Source: a virus (Duplodnaviria > Caudoviricetes). From it: a stretch of 38,246 bases of DNA. Shown in pieces: positions 1-8,184 of the stretch. Each line of letters opens with the position of its first letter. Within the stretch, counting starts at the first letter, position 1. The notes below the pieces were generated by a model. That model searched no databases and was not told the DNA's origin. It saw nothing but the letters and a program-made list of their open reading frames with translations. The translations under genes were made by a program, and so were the position numbers. Location of the stretch: the IMG/VR virus record IMGVR_UViG_3300038315_000884, positions 1 through 38,246 of that record. The stretch is one strand, 5' to 3'.

Positions 1-171
1 ATTAGTCTTGTTAAGCACCAGACCTTTCTGGTGACCTTGGAAATAAAGCACCATCTTCTGGTCATCGCCGACATCCTCAAGCTGCACATGGCTCATGGCA
101 ACTATCATTTCTTGACCGTTGATGTCGGACGCTTTCCACCATTTTGATGGGAAGTGGTTGTTGATATTCAT
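1..171 (-). CDS. Phage ssDNA-binding/recombination accessory protein, N-terminal part (runs off the window)
   Basis: Manual translation from ATG at 171 gives MNINNHFPSKWWKASDINGQEMIV...KMVLYFQGHQKGLVLNKTN. The FPSK..KA.D / LVLNKTN pattern is common in phage proteins next to YqaJ. The start overlaps the yqaJ stop (ATGA). Confidence 0.55.
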   Translation of the reverse strand, partial: MNINNHFPSKWWKASDINGQEMIVAMSHVQLEDVGDDQKMVLYFQGHQKGLVLNKTN

Positions 172-962
172 TTCACCTCACTTATCCTGATTGCACCATT
201 CTTGGCGCGTTTTGCCACAACCCCGTGGCCGGTTGCTAATTTCACATCAGCCTCAATTAGGCCCTTCAAACCTTTTTTGGCCCCCTCAAAATTATCTGCT
301 GCATTTTGGTGGTCTAACCACTGTCCTGCGCGGTACGCCCACTCATTATTCCCTTCCATGTCCACCTCACGCATATCATCGTGGTGCACCTGGAATTCAA
401 ACTGCGGCTGCGCGCCGGGGGCGGTATCGTCTTCAACGTGCTTCCAAAATGCCGCCTCACGCTTGACTAGCTCTTTGATATAGTCGTCATCCCGCTCGAT
501 CCGCCGCCATTCATATTTCAGCGTGCCCATGAAGACACTGAAATAGCACCCTTTAGTGTCTGTGACGGCCATATTATGCTGAAGTTGCGGCCAGTATTTT
601 CGCACGGCATCGTCAAAATCAGTAAATGCATTAAGGTGTTTTGCCTCGAATATATCTTCATCTGATACTCTGCCGTCTAGGTTGGCTCGCATATAATCGG
701 CATCAGGACAAACCCGCCCCGCACAATCCTCCGTATAAACATGCAGTCCTGTTTCCTGCTCAAACCACGCCCGGTTAAGCGGCTCCGTAAACACCCCCAT
801 CTGCACTGGCAGCACAGCCAACAGGCTTTCCGGCTGGCGGCGGCCTGTCTTTAGCTCCCACAACTCCAACCAATCGCCAGCCATAATTTTGGGCGCGTCC
901 GAGCCGCCTATGCCCTTGCGCCGTAAATTATGCCATGCTGGTGATTTTTCCTGTAATATCAT
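168..962 (-). CDS. yqaJ: YqaJ-like viral recombinase / lambda-exonuclease family
   Basis: Motifs WHNLRRKGIGGSDA, ELWELKTG, G..TEP, MRANLDG, FEAK and YWPQLQHNMAV. Confidence 0.9.
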   Translation of the reverse strand: MILQEKSPAWHNLRRKGIGGSDAPKIMAGDWLELWELKTGRRQPESLLAVLPVQMGVFTEPLNRAWFEQETGLHVYTEDCAGRVCPDADYMRANLDGRVSDEDIFEAKHLNAFTDFDDAVRKYWPQLQHNMAVTDTKGCYFSVFMGTLKYEWRRIERDDDYIKELVKREAAFWKHVEDDTAPGAQPQFEFQVHHDDMREVDMEGNNEWAYRAGQWLDHQNAADNFEGAKKGLKGLIEADVKLATGHGVVAKRAKNGAIRISEVK

Positions 963-1204
963 AGACCAGCCCCGCCCCGGTTTTCGATAACTCTAAACCG
1001 CTGTTGCTGCTCAATATAGTCTTGCAATAGCCAATTCAAAGACTTGCCGGTACGGGCCATTTCGCATTTAAGGAAAAAGTAAACATCTGGCCGAAACCGT
1101 GCTTGCACACGCACGCGCTGCGGTTTGCTGCCCTTTGGTGACTGATCTATCATCATTTCTGCTCCAGCACAATTACACGCTGCTCCAAGTCCCATTCGCG
1201 ACAT
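959..1204 (-). CDS. Arc/ribbon-helix-helix-like DNA-binding protein
   Basis: VRVQARFRPDVYFFLKCEMARTGKSLNWLLQDYI fits the RHH pattern. The true start may be the internal MMID. Confidence 0.55.
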   Translation of the reverse strand: MSRMGLGAACNCAGAEMMIDQSPKGSKPQRVRVQARFRPDVYFFLKCEMARTGKSLNWLLQDYIEQQQRFRVIENRGGAGL

Positions 1205-1298
1205 GGCTCGCAGATAAAGTTATAGTCCGGCTGCTCCATGCTATCCGGGTCGTCCTTGGCGTTAAATACGCGGTCACAATGCTCGCATATCGCCATGC

Positions 1299-1532
1299 TC
1301 ATTTATTATACTCCACATCAGGATACAATATCCGCGCCCGGCTTTGCGTTTCAATGGCATGGCACTGCGCTAGCAACATGGTAGCCCCGTCACGGCTGTA
1401 CTCCACCCGCTTGCGGGCTTTCCATGCGCTGCACTGCTCATATGTCTGCCAGCCGGATACCTGATATCGCTCGCAGTCGTTAAACTCATCACCGGGCCAG
1501 CATAGGGCGAATATGATAAAGATGCTTTTCAT
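1299..1532 (-). CDS. Small secreted/membrane protein with paired cysteines
   Basis: Hydrophobic N-terminus (MKSIFIIFALC) and four Cys residues; abuts the neighbouring gene. Confidence 0.5.
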   Translation of the reverse strand: MKSIFIIFALCWPGDEFNDCERYQVSGWQTYEQCSAWKARKRVEYSRDGATMLLAQCHAIETQSRARILYPDVEYNK

Positions 1533-1763
1533 CTATTCTACCCGCCATATTCGTATGTTGCCGTTTATTTCCCGCGTTGTATATTTTTCATTGTGCATTT
1601 TCCCCCGGTGGCTAGCTAACGCAGATATGGAGCAGCGAAAGCTACGTGCTGTTTGACCGTTTTTGGGCTTAACCAAAAAGCTATCGCCAACAACCATATC
1701 ATTCCAAGGGTATTTAGTTTTATGGGGAGACAGGGGCACATTCTTTTCAATTTCATACATCAT
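1533..1763 (-). CDS. Conserved small phage protein
   Basis: IEKNVPL...KYPWNDMVVGDSFLV...IRIWRV is a widespread phage motif pattern. RBS GGAGAGG. Confidence 0.7.
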   Translation of the reverse strand: MMYEIEKNVPLSPHKTKYPWNDMVVGDSFLVKPKNGQTARSFRCSISALASHRGKMHNEKYTTREINGNIRIWRVE

Positions 1764-1933
1764 CCTCTCCTATCCAAATGTTTCCGCTCTAGCTCACACT
1801 CGGCATCATAGCCAGCCCAGAAGTCAACCGCCTGGGCCGATCCGAAAACGTATGGGCAACTCAACTCCATACTAATGCCCTGCATCAGCCGTCGCCGCGC
1901 TTCGGTGCCTTCTTTCCATTCTTTATTTTCCAT
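1760..1933 (-). CDS. Small protein with Rmf-like (CPY...W..G) motif, 57 aa
   Basis: Manual translation MENKEWKEGTEARRRLMQGISMELSCPYVFGSAQAVDFWLGYDAECELERKHLDRRG. It is below the ORF-track cutoff and its stop overlaps the next start. Confidence 0.5.
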   Translation of the reverse strand: MENKEWKEGTEARRRLMQGISMELSCPYVFGSAQAVDFWAGYDAECELERKHLDRRG

Positions 1934-1944
1934 ATTTGCAACAT

Positions 1945-1980
1945 AAACCGCTTGACACGGCCCGTCAAGTGTTTATTGTG
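1945..1980. promoter_or_regulatory. Divergent promoter/operator region
   Basis: The palindrome CTTGAC-ACGGCCC-GTCAAG gives a TTGAC -35 element on both strands between divergent operons. Confidence 0.6.
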
Positions 1981-1985
1981 GGGGC

Positions 1986-2192
1986 ATGAAAACAAAACCC
2001 ATCAACCGAGTGATAGCTTATTTTGGCACGCAGCATGCGATGGCTAAAGCCTTGGGTGTGTCGAGGCAAGCCATTCATATTATGAGCCGCACCAAGACAG
2101 GCTACATCCCGCCGTACCGGGTGCCCAAGGTGGCGCGGCTGACCGGCATACCCCGGCATGAGCTTAACCCCATCAGTCATGAGATAGACTGA
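1986..2192 (+). CDS. cro: Cro/YdaS-like HTH transcriptional regulator
   Basis: VIAYFGTQHAMAKALGVSRQAI...IP...LTGIPRHELNP; first gene of the rightward operon. Confidence 0.8.
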   Translation: MKTKPINRVIAYFGTQHAMAKALGVSRQAIHIMSRTKTGYIPPYRVPKVARLTGIPRHELNPISHEID

Positions 2193-2455
2193 TGTATGAG
2201 GAATGGGAAGCAGCCATGCTAACGGAATGGTGCGAAACGCTGTCCAAGCTGGGGCCGACATGGCTGGAGGGCGTTGGCCCCCACGGGCCGGGCGAGCTTG
2301 ATCTAGCCAACCCGCCCGGCTGGTTTGAGGTGCATGATAAAGACTACGGTTGCGACGACTCTCCTCCCTGGGCGCGCTGTCACCGGCTTTCCCAAGCCGA
2401 GCGCGCCAACTTCACCGGGGGGCATCGCTCCCCTCCTGTCGATGTCCCCTGGTGA
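2192..2455 (+). CDS. Hypothetical protein
   Basis: Start and stop overlap both neighbours, suggesting translational coupling. Confidence 0.5.
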   Translation: MYEEWEAAMLTEWCETLSKLGPTWLEGVGPHGPGELDLANPPGWFEVHDKDYGCDDSPPWARCHRLSQAERANFTGGHRSPPVDVPW

Positions 2456-2793
2456 CTTTTTCCCTTCCCATACCGCCCAGCGTCAACGCCATGTACGTTA
2501 ACGTGGCTGGGGTGGGCCGGGTGAAAACCACCACCTGCAAGCAATGGTATGCCGAGGCTAAAACAGAAATAATGATGCAGCGGCGGGATATTCCCGAGGT
2601 AGCAGATAAAGCCACAGTGCATTATGTGGTGCCGTACAATGGTAGGCGTGATCTGGATAACTACCTCAAGGCATTGAATGATGTGCTGGTATCCAGCGGT
2701 GTATTGCCTAGCGATAGAATGTCCTGCCTGACCGGCGTGGCTATCAAGGTGGGCGATGTGGACAGGGTGGAAGTAACGGTAACGCCTGCATGA
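2452..2793 (+). CDS. rusA: RusA-like Holliday junction resolvase
   Basis: LPIPPSVNAMY...RRDLDNYLKALNDVL..SGVLPSD. GTG start at 2452 overlaps the upstream TGA. Confidence 0.85.
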   Translation: MTFSLPIPPSVNAMYVNVAGVGRVKTTTCKQWYAEAKTEIMMQRRDIPEVADKATVHYVVPYNGRRDLDNYLKALNDVLVSSGVLPSDRMSCLTGVAIKVGDVDRVEVTVTPA

Positions 2794-3320
2794 TATGGAC
2801 CGAGAAGGAAATAGCCATTCTGGTCGAGGGCTGGGAAGCGGGTGTAACGTGCGGGCAGATCGCCATAGCCCTGGGCACGCGCACCCGTAATGCAGTTATA
2901 GGCCGCGCCCACCGGATGGGGTTGTCGGAGCGCGCCAGCCCGATCAAGGATGTAGATATCGAGGTAATTATGGAAGTGCAGCGATTAGCTATCAAGGGGT
3001 TGAAAATAAAGGAAATAATGGCCCAGACAGGAGCGGGCCGCACCACGGTTATCAAATACCGCAGGCGGCTGCGCGAGCAAGGGCTGGTCGAGGGCCGCAA
3101 GGGCTACGATCCAAAATTCTGTCAGTGGATACCGGGCGAGCCGGACGGCGCAGGCACGATATACTGCGTGCGGAAAGCCATAGACGAGTCGAGCTACTGT
3201 AACGAGCATGAGGAGTTGACCCACCGCCGCCCGTCAACACCGGAGGAAAAGGCCCGGTGGGCTGCAATGCAGCAGAAGCGCAAATATAAGCCCGGCGCAC
3301 TAACGCTGTTGCACAAATGA
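2790..3320 (+). CDS. gcrA: GcrA family cell-cycle regulator
   Basis: N-terminal WT...W..G....IA..LG..TRNAVIGRAHRMGL and C-terminal CQWIPGEP...YC...SYCNEH. Confidence 0.85.
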   Translation: MIWTEKEIAILVEGWEAGVTCGQIAIALGTRTRNAVIGRAHRMGLSERASPIKDVDIEVIMEVQRLAIKGLKIKEIMAQTGAGRTTVIKYRRRLREQGLVEGRKGYDPKFCQWIPGEPDGAGTIYCVRKAIDESSYCNEHEELTHRRPSTPEEKARWAAMQQKRKYKPGALTLLHK

Positions 3321-3700
3321 CCCCCGTCCAGAAAACCCTGCTGGGAATACTGAAATTGCACGCCCGCAAACAAAAGACGTGCCCTACAAACGAATGGCTG
3401 GGGGAGGAAATGACCACCTCCACCGGGGTTATCAGCACCAACATGAAGCTGCTGAATAAGGGGGGATGGATCAAGATAGAGCACAAGGGGGGCCGCCGCC
3501 GGATATACATCACCGGCACAGACCACCACACCGACTGGACGGCCTACAAGAGCGACTGGGACAACTCGGGCGAGAGAAAGGAGCGGGCGTGCCTTAAATG
3601 CCAGCGGCTATTCGACAGCGAGGGCTTTGGCAACAGGATATGCCCGCGATGCCACGCCAGCAGCGAATACCGCAGTTTGGGATCGGCGTTTGAGGTGTAA
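3317..3700 (+). CDS. Winged-helix protein with C-terminal zinc finger
   Basis: CPTNEWLGEEM...L..GGWIKIE (LexA-like wHTH) plus RACLKCQRLFDSEGFGNRICPRC. Confidence 0.65.
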   Translation: MTPVQKTLLGILKLHARKQKTCPTNEWLGEEMTTSTGVISTNMKLLNKGGWIKIEHKGGRRRIYITGTDHHTDWTAYKSDWDNSGERKERACLKCQRLFDSEGFGNRICPRCHASSEYRSLGSAFEV

Positions 3701-3722
3701 TTACTATATAGTGCATTATCGC

Positions 3723-3751
3723 TTGACTAATTAACAACGCCGGATTACAAG
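3723..3751 (+). promoter_or_regulatory. Putative sigma70 promoter upstream of the structured leader
   Basis: TTGACT-17 nt-TACAAG. Confidence 0.4.
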
Positions 3752-3757
3752 GAAATT

Positions 3758-4015
3758 ACAGCACAAGATGGATGCGAATTGTACTGCGTTGCGTGGTGCT
3801 GTTAAGCAAACGGTGGTAGCGCGGGGGGCCGGTCAACCACCACCCCTAGGCTAAGGTACTACAGGGGAAAACCGGCGGGCTCTTGGCAAGCCTGAATGAG
3901 AGTACAAGTCAATGTCGCCAAGTGGCATTGTGGCCGTAGCCTCTAGTAGCTCTATGGGTTGCGAGCAAAAGTCAGCCTTCTAGCACTGCTAGGGGTTGGC
4001 TTGGCCGTAACATAG
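3758..4015 (+). ncRNA. Putative highly structured non-coding RNA upstream of the HNH gene
   Basis: No convincing ORF. At least six stems are visible by eye (ACAGCAC/GTGCTGT, GCCGGT/ACCGGC, CCCCT/AGGGG, CAATGTCGC/GTGGCATTG, AGTCAGCCTTCTAGCA/TGCTAGGGGTTGGCT, CTATG..TTGCG/CGTAACATAG), plus long-range TTGTACT/AGTACAA. Confidence 0.5.
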
Positions 4016-4030
4016 CAGGTATAGGTTGCG

Positions 4031-4894
4031 ATGCCTTCCAAGACTGAGATAGAAGCACAGATAACTAACAACGGCGGATATACCCGTGAAACCTTAGCCA
4101 AATGGGGAATAAGTTGGCCACCACCAAAGGGCTGGAAAGAAAAGTTAATTAAAGATAATGTCAACACCAATCAAAAGCTGCCTTTGGTCAGTAAATATCT
4201 GTTGCAGGCTCGTGCAGCAACCCACACCAATCACGAATATATAAGTCAAAACCAAAAGTTTGCGTCTGTTTGGCTCAACTGGTCGCCTGATATGGCACAA
4301 GAGGATGTAAGGGAGTTTTTTACATTCCAGCCAGGGGTTAAAAATAAACTGCGGCAGGAGGTAATTGCCCGACTAAAGGATCAGGGTCTGTTGGACTTTA
4401 AGTCCAGCCCGACAAATGAGGAGCTTTTGCATTTAATCGGCACCAAATGGGATATTGAGTTGTGCCAAGGGACATATACAACATTTGCTAGGTTTTACGA
4501 CACTGTGCCCCTAAAGGTTAACGGCCCGCTGGCAAAGCACCGCCAGGAAATGGACGAAAAGTTTAACGGGATTGAAGCTCCAAAGCAACGGACCCCTAGC
4601 GAGACATTTTACAATTCCGACAGATGGAAACAACTTCGATATCAGACTTTATTAAAAAATGATGGGCAGTGTGAATTGTGTGGACGTGGAAAGCATGATG
4701 GGGTAGTTTTGCATGTTGACCATATCAAGCCGCGCAGTAAACATCCTGATCTTGAATGGGCGGCGTCCAATTTACAGGTACTTTGTGGTCAGTGCAATAT
4801 CGGCAAAAGCAACCTAGATGATCGAGACTGGCGCAAACCAGAAGATGAGCCGCGCTTATCTGTTGTAATGGGGGAGCGGGTTGATGAGTCTTAA
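4031..4894 (+). CDS. HNH endonuclease with extended N-terminal region
   Basis: C-terminal FYNSDRWKQLRY...CELCG...LHVDHIKPRSKHP...NLQVLCGQCNIGKS. N-terminal GGYTRETLAKWGISWPPPKGWK module. Confidence 0.9.
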   Translation: MPSKTEIEAQITNNGGYTRETLAKWGISWPPPKGWKEKLIKDNVNTNQKLPLVSKYLLQARAATHTNHEYISQNQKFASVWLNWSPDMAQEDVREFFTFQPGVKNKLRQEVIARLKDQGLLDFKSSPTNEELLHLIGTKWDIELCQGTYTTFARFYDTVPLKVNGPLAKHRQEMDEKFNGIEAPKQRTPSETFYNSDRWKQLRYQTLLKNDGQCELCGRGKHDGVVLHVDHIKPRSKHPDLEWAASNLQVLCGQCNIGKSNLDDRDWRKPEDEPRLSVVMGERVDES

Positions 4895-4992
4895 CTGGTT
4901 CAAGAAAAAGCGGCCCAAGAAACGCAAGTGCAAGCTGCCCTGGCCTGACATGGACAGGGGCGGCTCGCCAACATTCCAGCAAATGAAGTTAG

Positions 4993-5385
4993 ATGAAAGG
5001 CCAATCAGTGGACAAAAAGACTCCCAACGTGATAGCCTTCGACAAATCGGGGACATCCTCGACGGGATTAAAGCCCTCCAGCGACCAAACGCCAGATACA
5101 GCGCCATCGAATGAAGAGGCTACATTTGAATTATTCTGGAGCCTGTATCCACGCAAAGTCGGTCGTTTGCACGCGCACGTAGCCTGGAAAAAGATAACAT
5201 CCGGGGGCAAGGTGGTTTTCATAGACGGGGATAAGGTTGACATCGTAGCCACCCCAGACCAGATCATGGAAGGCTTGCATAATTACCTGTTTTGCAACAG
5301 CAACGCCCACGGGGATTTCCTCATTGAAAAGCAGTATACTCCATTGCCAGCCACATGGCTAAACCAAGGCAGATTTCTTGATTAA
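4993..5385 (+). CDS. Phage replication-initiation protein, C-terminal-type domain
   Basis: FELFWSLYPRKVG...AWKK...YTPLPATWLNQGRFLD. The start is uncertain because it overlaps ORF 4881..5114. Confidence 0.7.
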   Translation: MKGQSVDKKTPNVIAFDKSGTSSTGLKPSSDQTPDTAPSNEEATFELFWSLYPRKVGRLHAHVAWKKITSGGKVVFIDGDKVDIVATPDQIMEGLHNYLFCNSNAHGDFLIEKQYTPLPATWLNQGRFLD

Positions 5386-5547
5386 GGTATGGGTGCTGAT
5401 CGTGTGGCTAACGGGCGGGCCTATGGTGCTGGCCGAGTACGATACGAAAGAGCATTGTAGCTGGGCCGGGCAGGAGATCGAGGCGGGCAGGCACGGCATG
5501 ACATGGTACTGCTTCCCTGTACTAGCCAAGGGGCGGGTGCGGTGAAT

Positions 5548-5814
5548 ATGATCGAGCGTGTGGCGCGTGTGTTATGCAAGGCCAAGTGCCGTACATTGAA
5601 TTGCCGCTGTGGTGCTTGGGAATTACACGAGGCGACGGCGCGCGATAGTATAGCCGCCATGCGCGAGCCTAGCGATTGGATGGTTGTAGCAGCAATAGGC
5701 GATCACGAGATGGAGTTGAGCGAGGACGGCAGGTCAATAGGAGTACTGACAATACATCACAAAAAGCCGCTGGTTAGCGTATGGCAAGCAATGATCGACG
5801 CAAGCCTTGACTAA
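5548..5814 (+). CDS. Conserved phage hypothetical protein
   Basis: MIERVARVLC...AR..IAAMREPS..M...WQAMIDA is typical of alphaproteobacterial phage ORFs. Confidence 0.6.
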   Translation: MIERVARVLCKAKCRTLNCRCGAWELHEATARDSIAAMREPSDWMVVAAIGDHEMELSEDGRSIGVLTIHHKKPLVSVWQAMIDASLD

Positions 5815-6337
5815 ACCCAACGTCATCCACATAGGCCAGGGCTGCACCCGCGAGCGTAAGCGCCACGGCGGCATAGTCATGGACATACGGGGCAAGAATG
5901 AGAATGACACTATAATGGTAGCAGGGGAGAGAAACGTTACCCCAAACGGTATTTTGGATATACTTTTACAGGATGGCACGCTAGGCAAGGGCAATGCAGC
6001 CATAAGGCGCTTCGACATTTCATGCTGGTTTAGGCAGTTATATCAAAAAACGCATAACGCATCAGTAACAAGTAGCTGGTCTGATTCGCCCGGCGGTGGC
6101 CGTCAAATGTCAGAGGCAAAATTGTGGAATTTGGAGGTGATGAAGGCCACCATGACATTTCTCCGCAATTCATCCTCGTTTGTCGTGGCGGTATGCGTCG
6201 AGGATGCGCGGCCCCAGGACGGCGGCATAAGGCGGTTGAGGGACGCGCTGGATAGGTTAGCCAAGCATCGTGAGCTAGCCGGGGGGCGGGATAAGGAGAT
6301 AACGGAAAGGGTGGCGGCTGAATATGGCGCGTCATAA
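5807..6337 (+). CDS. Hypothetical protein, possible late transcriptional regulator
   Basis: Lies at the end of the replication operon. C-terminal VVAVCVED...LRDALDRLAKH. Function inferred from position only. Confidence 0.4.
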   Translation: MTKPNVIHIGQGCTRERKRHGGIVMDIRGKNENDTIMVAGERNVTPNGILDILLQDGTLGKGNAAIRRFDISCWFRQLYQKTHNASVTSSWSDSPGGGRQMSEAKLWNLEVMKATMTFLRNSSSFVVAVCVEDARPQDGGIRRLRDALDRLAKHRELAGGRDKEITERVAAEYGAS

Positions 6338-6539
6338 ACAGGAAGAAGTGTTGCACCCTGACGGCTGGTGCCGGTGGATATATCCAATTATGGACGGCTA
6401 TAAAATGACTTGCTGTGACTGCGGGTTAGTCCATGATATGCAGTTTAGGGTAACGGATAAATATGATCGGGTTGAATTCAGGGCGCGCCGGAATAACCGC
6501 AGCACGGCCCAAACTAGACGGCATAAAGAATTCGCTTGA
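6324..6539 (+). CDS. Conserved small phage protein with CCDCGLVH metal-binding motif
   Basis: YKMTCCDCGLVHDMQFRV...RNNRSTAQTRR. Confidence 0.7.
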   Translation: MARHKQEEVLHPDGWCRWIYPIMDGYKMTCCDCGLVHDMQFRVTDKYDRVEFRARRNNRSTAQTRRHKEFA

Positions 6540-6566
6540 CAAGGGTCAGCCAGCATGTCATATAAT
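6536..6566 (+). promoter_or_regulatory. Consensus -35/-10 promoter with 19-bp spacer
   Basis: TTGACA (6536-6541), 19 nt, TATAAT (6561-6566). Confidence 0.45.
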
Positions 6567-6659
6567 GGGCCGTTGACGTGCATACGCATGCCTAAACCAC
6601 TTCGGAGTGTGTTTGTAAAAGAGGGGTAACACCATGTAATTTGCGGTTAAACCCGCGCA

Positions 6660-6700
6660 CAAAAAAATAGGCCGCCCCAGCGATGAGGCGGCTTTAGTTT
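6660..6700 (-). terminator. Intrinsic terminator for the leftward small-gene operon, possibly bidirectional
   Basis: GCCGCC-loop-GGCGGC hairpin. An A-run on its left gives a U-tract on the minus strand, and TTTAGTTT lies on its right. Confidence 0.75.
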
Positions 6701-6935
6701 ATCCAAATATCTGACGTTGCTCGGCAGTTGTGGTGAAGTGCGAGATAGTTGCCTCAAGTGTTGTCAGCAGTTTTTTGTCAGCTATATAGTCTGCGAGCGT
6801 TGCTTTTGTGAGGCCGTGTGTATCAAGCTCCACATCGGCGCACCGCTCGACAGCACCTTGGTAAGCGTCGATCAGGACAGCAACACAGATACCGTCTGCG
6901 GTTTCACTGTCCAGGGTTATACCGTCAATTGCCAT
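6699..6935 (-). CDS. Hypothetical protein
   Basis: Strong AGGAGG RBS; last gene before the terminator. Confidence 0.7.
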   Translation of the reverse strand: MAIDGITLDSETADGICVAVLIDAYQGAVERCADVELDTHGLTKATLADYIADKKLLTTLEATISHFTTTAEQRQIFG

Positions 6936-6944
6936 TTTATCCTC

Positions 6945-7082
6945 CTACGGCAAAAACATAAGCACTTCAGCCCCTATATACAGCGCCCCGCCAACGAAGT
7001 CCACGAGGGGCTGTATCGTGGGGTTGTCCTGGTGGGCGCAGGCCGATAGCAGTGCAGCGTGCGCCCATATGATCCAGCGCAC
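6945..7082 (-). CDS. Small predicted lipoprotein, 45 aa
   Basis: Manual translation MRWIIWAHAALLSACAHQDNPTIQPLVDFVGGALYIGAEVLMFLP. It has a lipobox LSAC and a hydrophobic C-terminus, and fills the gap between neighbours. Confidence 0.5.
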   Translation of the reverse strand: MRWIIWAHAALLSACAHQDNPTIQPLVDFVGGALYIGAEVLMFLP

Positions 7083-7085
7083 ACC

Positions 7086-7421
7086 CTAGCCCTCCGCTGC
7101 TTTGATGGCGGCGGTAGCGTTGTCTATAGCATCGCCGAATGTTGGTGTGCCGCAGACCTGTGCGGCCATATCGGCTTCATCGGTAAGCGCCCGCAACGCC
7201 TCTAGCAGTTGTGGTGCGCTGGCGATAAGGCGGGCGTTTGCCTTCATTTGCTGCTGGTTTGAATATGGGCCGAGGGTCCAGTATTCGTCGCATCCTATGA
7301 TATCGGCGTTATCCGGCCCCATTAGTTGTGGGTTGTCATAGTATCCAGGCGAAACATAGGTTGCGATATCTATTGGTTTATTGCCGTCTGTCCATACCCA
7401 CGGCCCTGGTGTATGTGTCAT
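7086..7421 (-). CDS. Conserved phage protein (HTPGPW...ANARLIA.AP.LLEAL family)
   Basis: MTHTPGPW start with AGGAGG RBS; ANARLIASAPQLLEALRAL motif. Confidence 0.8.
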   Translation of the reverse strand: MTHTPGPWVWTDGNKPIDIATYVSPGYYDNPQLMGPDNADIIGCDEYWTLGPYSNQQQMKANARLIASAPQLLEALRALTDEADMAAQVCGTPTFGDAIDNATAAIKAAEG

Positions 7422-7467
7422 AATTAAGCCTCCTAGGGGCGGCGATGGTCTGCCGCCCCGGTTGGGG

Positions 7468-7851
7468 TTACTCGCCAAAGTAAAACATGCTGGCGAAGGT
7501 AAGCAGGGCGTCTTGGTCTTGTCCCGGGGTACGTTCCCACGGTGTAAACCAGTCCTGGCCCTGCAATTCGGCATCGTGTGGATGCCCGTGTGCGTCTAGA
7601 TCACCGATGATACGCACGGCAGGCCCGCCGGTGCCAAGCAGAATTTCGTACTCGACCGCTTCGCTTTCGCCGCCAGGGCTGTACCAACCAGACCGGACTT
7701 GTACCGTTAGTGGCATTTCATGGCACCGCTCAAGGATGTTGTCGGTTAATGTGTAGCGGCTGGTTTCAACTGCCTTTCGATAGATACGGACAAGGCGTGC
7801 AATTTCCTGCATATGCCCTGCGCCGGGTATTTCCTTTGCCTCTGCGCTCAT
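7468..7851 (-). CDS. Conserved phage hypothetical protein
   Basis: EILLGTGGPAVRI.GDLD...QDWFTPW motif; GGGAG RBS. Confidence 0.75.
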   Translation of the reverse strand: MSAEAKEIPGAGHMQEIARLVRIYRKAVETSRYTLTDNILERCHEMPLTVQVRSGWYSPGGESEAVEYEILLGTGGPAVRIIGDLDAHGHPHDAELQGQDWFTPWERTPGQDQDALLTFASMFYFGE

Positions 7852-7911
7852 ATCACTCTCCCATAGTTGGTTAAAGGTATCATTGGCTAGCTAGCCGTGC
7901 CGGGGTTGGGG

Positions 7912-8109
7912 TTAAGAGCGGTCAAAGCGCGGAGTAAACTTATATGTCCCGGTGCCGTGTGCCGCCGTGTGATACTCTTTGACGGCTCGCGCGGTTTCGA
8001 TATCGGGGCAAGCGGATGCGTCTTTGATAACTTCCCATGAGGAATGCGGCCAAGGCTTGTCGCCTTTAACGCTCACCTCATAGCCTTTAAGCACGGCTTT
8101 CTTTCGCAT
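7912..8109 (-). CDS. Small hypothetical protein in an IR-flanked unit
   Basis: 65 aa ORF with GAGG RBS, bracketed by an IR pair. Confidence 0.7.
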   Translation of the reverse strand: MRKKAVLKGYEVSVKGDKPWPHSSWEVIKDASACPDIETARAVKEYHTAAHGTGTYKFTPRFDRS

Positions 8110-8184
8110 ATCGCCTCACAATCTGGCACGGCTAGGTAGCCAATGATGTTATACAGTACCGCGATAGCCGCCCTGGGTTAGGGG

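Noticed and set aside
4031-4894. IscB/Cas9-like nuclease
   Set aside because: No PLMP motif or RuvC segments; only a C-terminal HNH domain.
7437-7460. IR pair around gene 7468..7851
   Set aside because: Only a local hairpin (GGGGCGGC/GCCGCCCC) is present. No matching upstream arm was found, so this gene is not counted as IR-enclosed.
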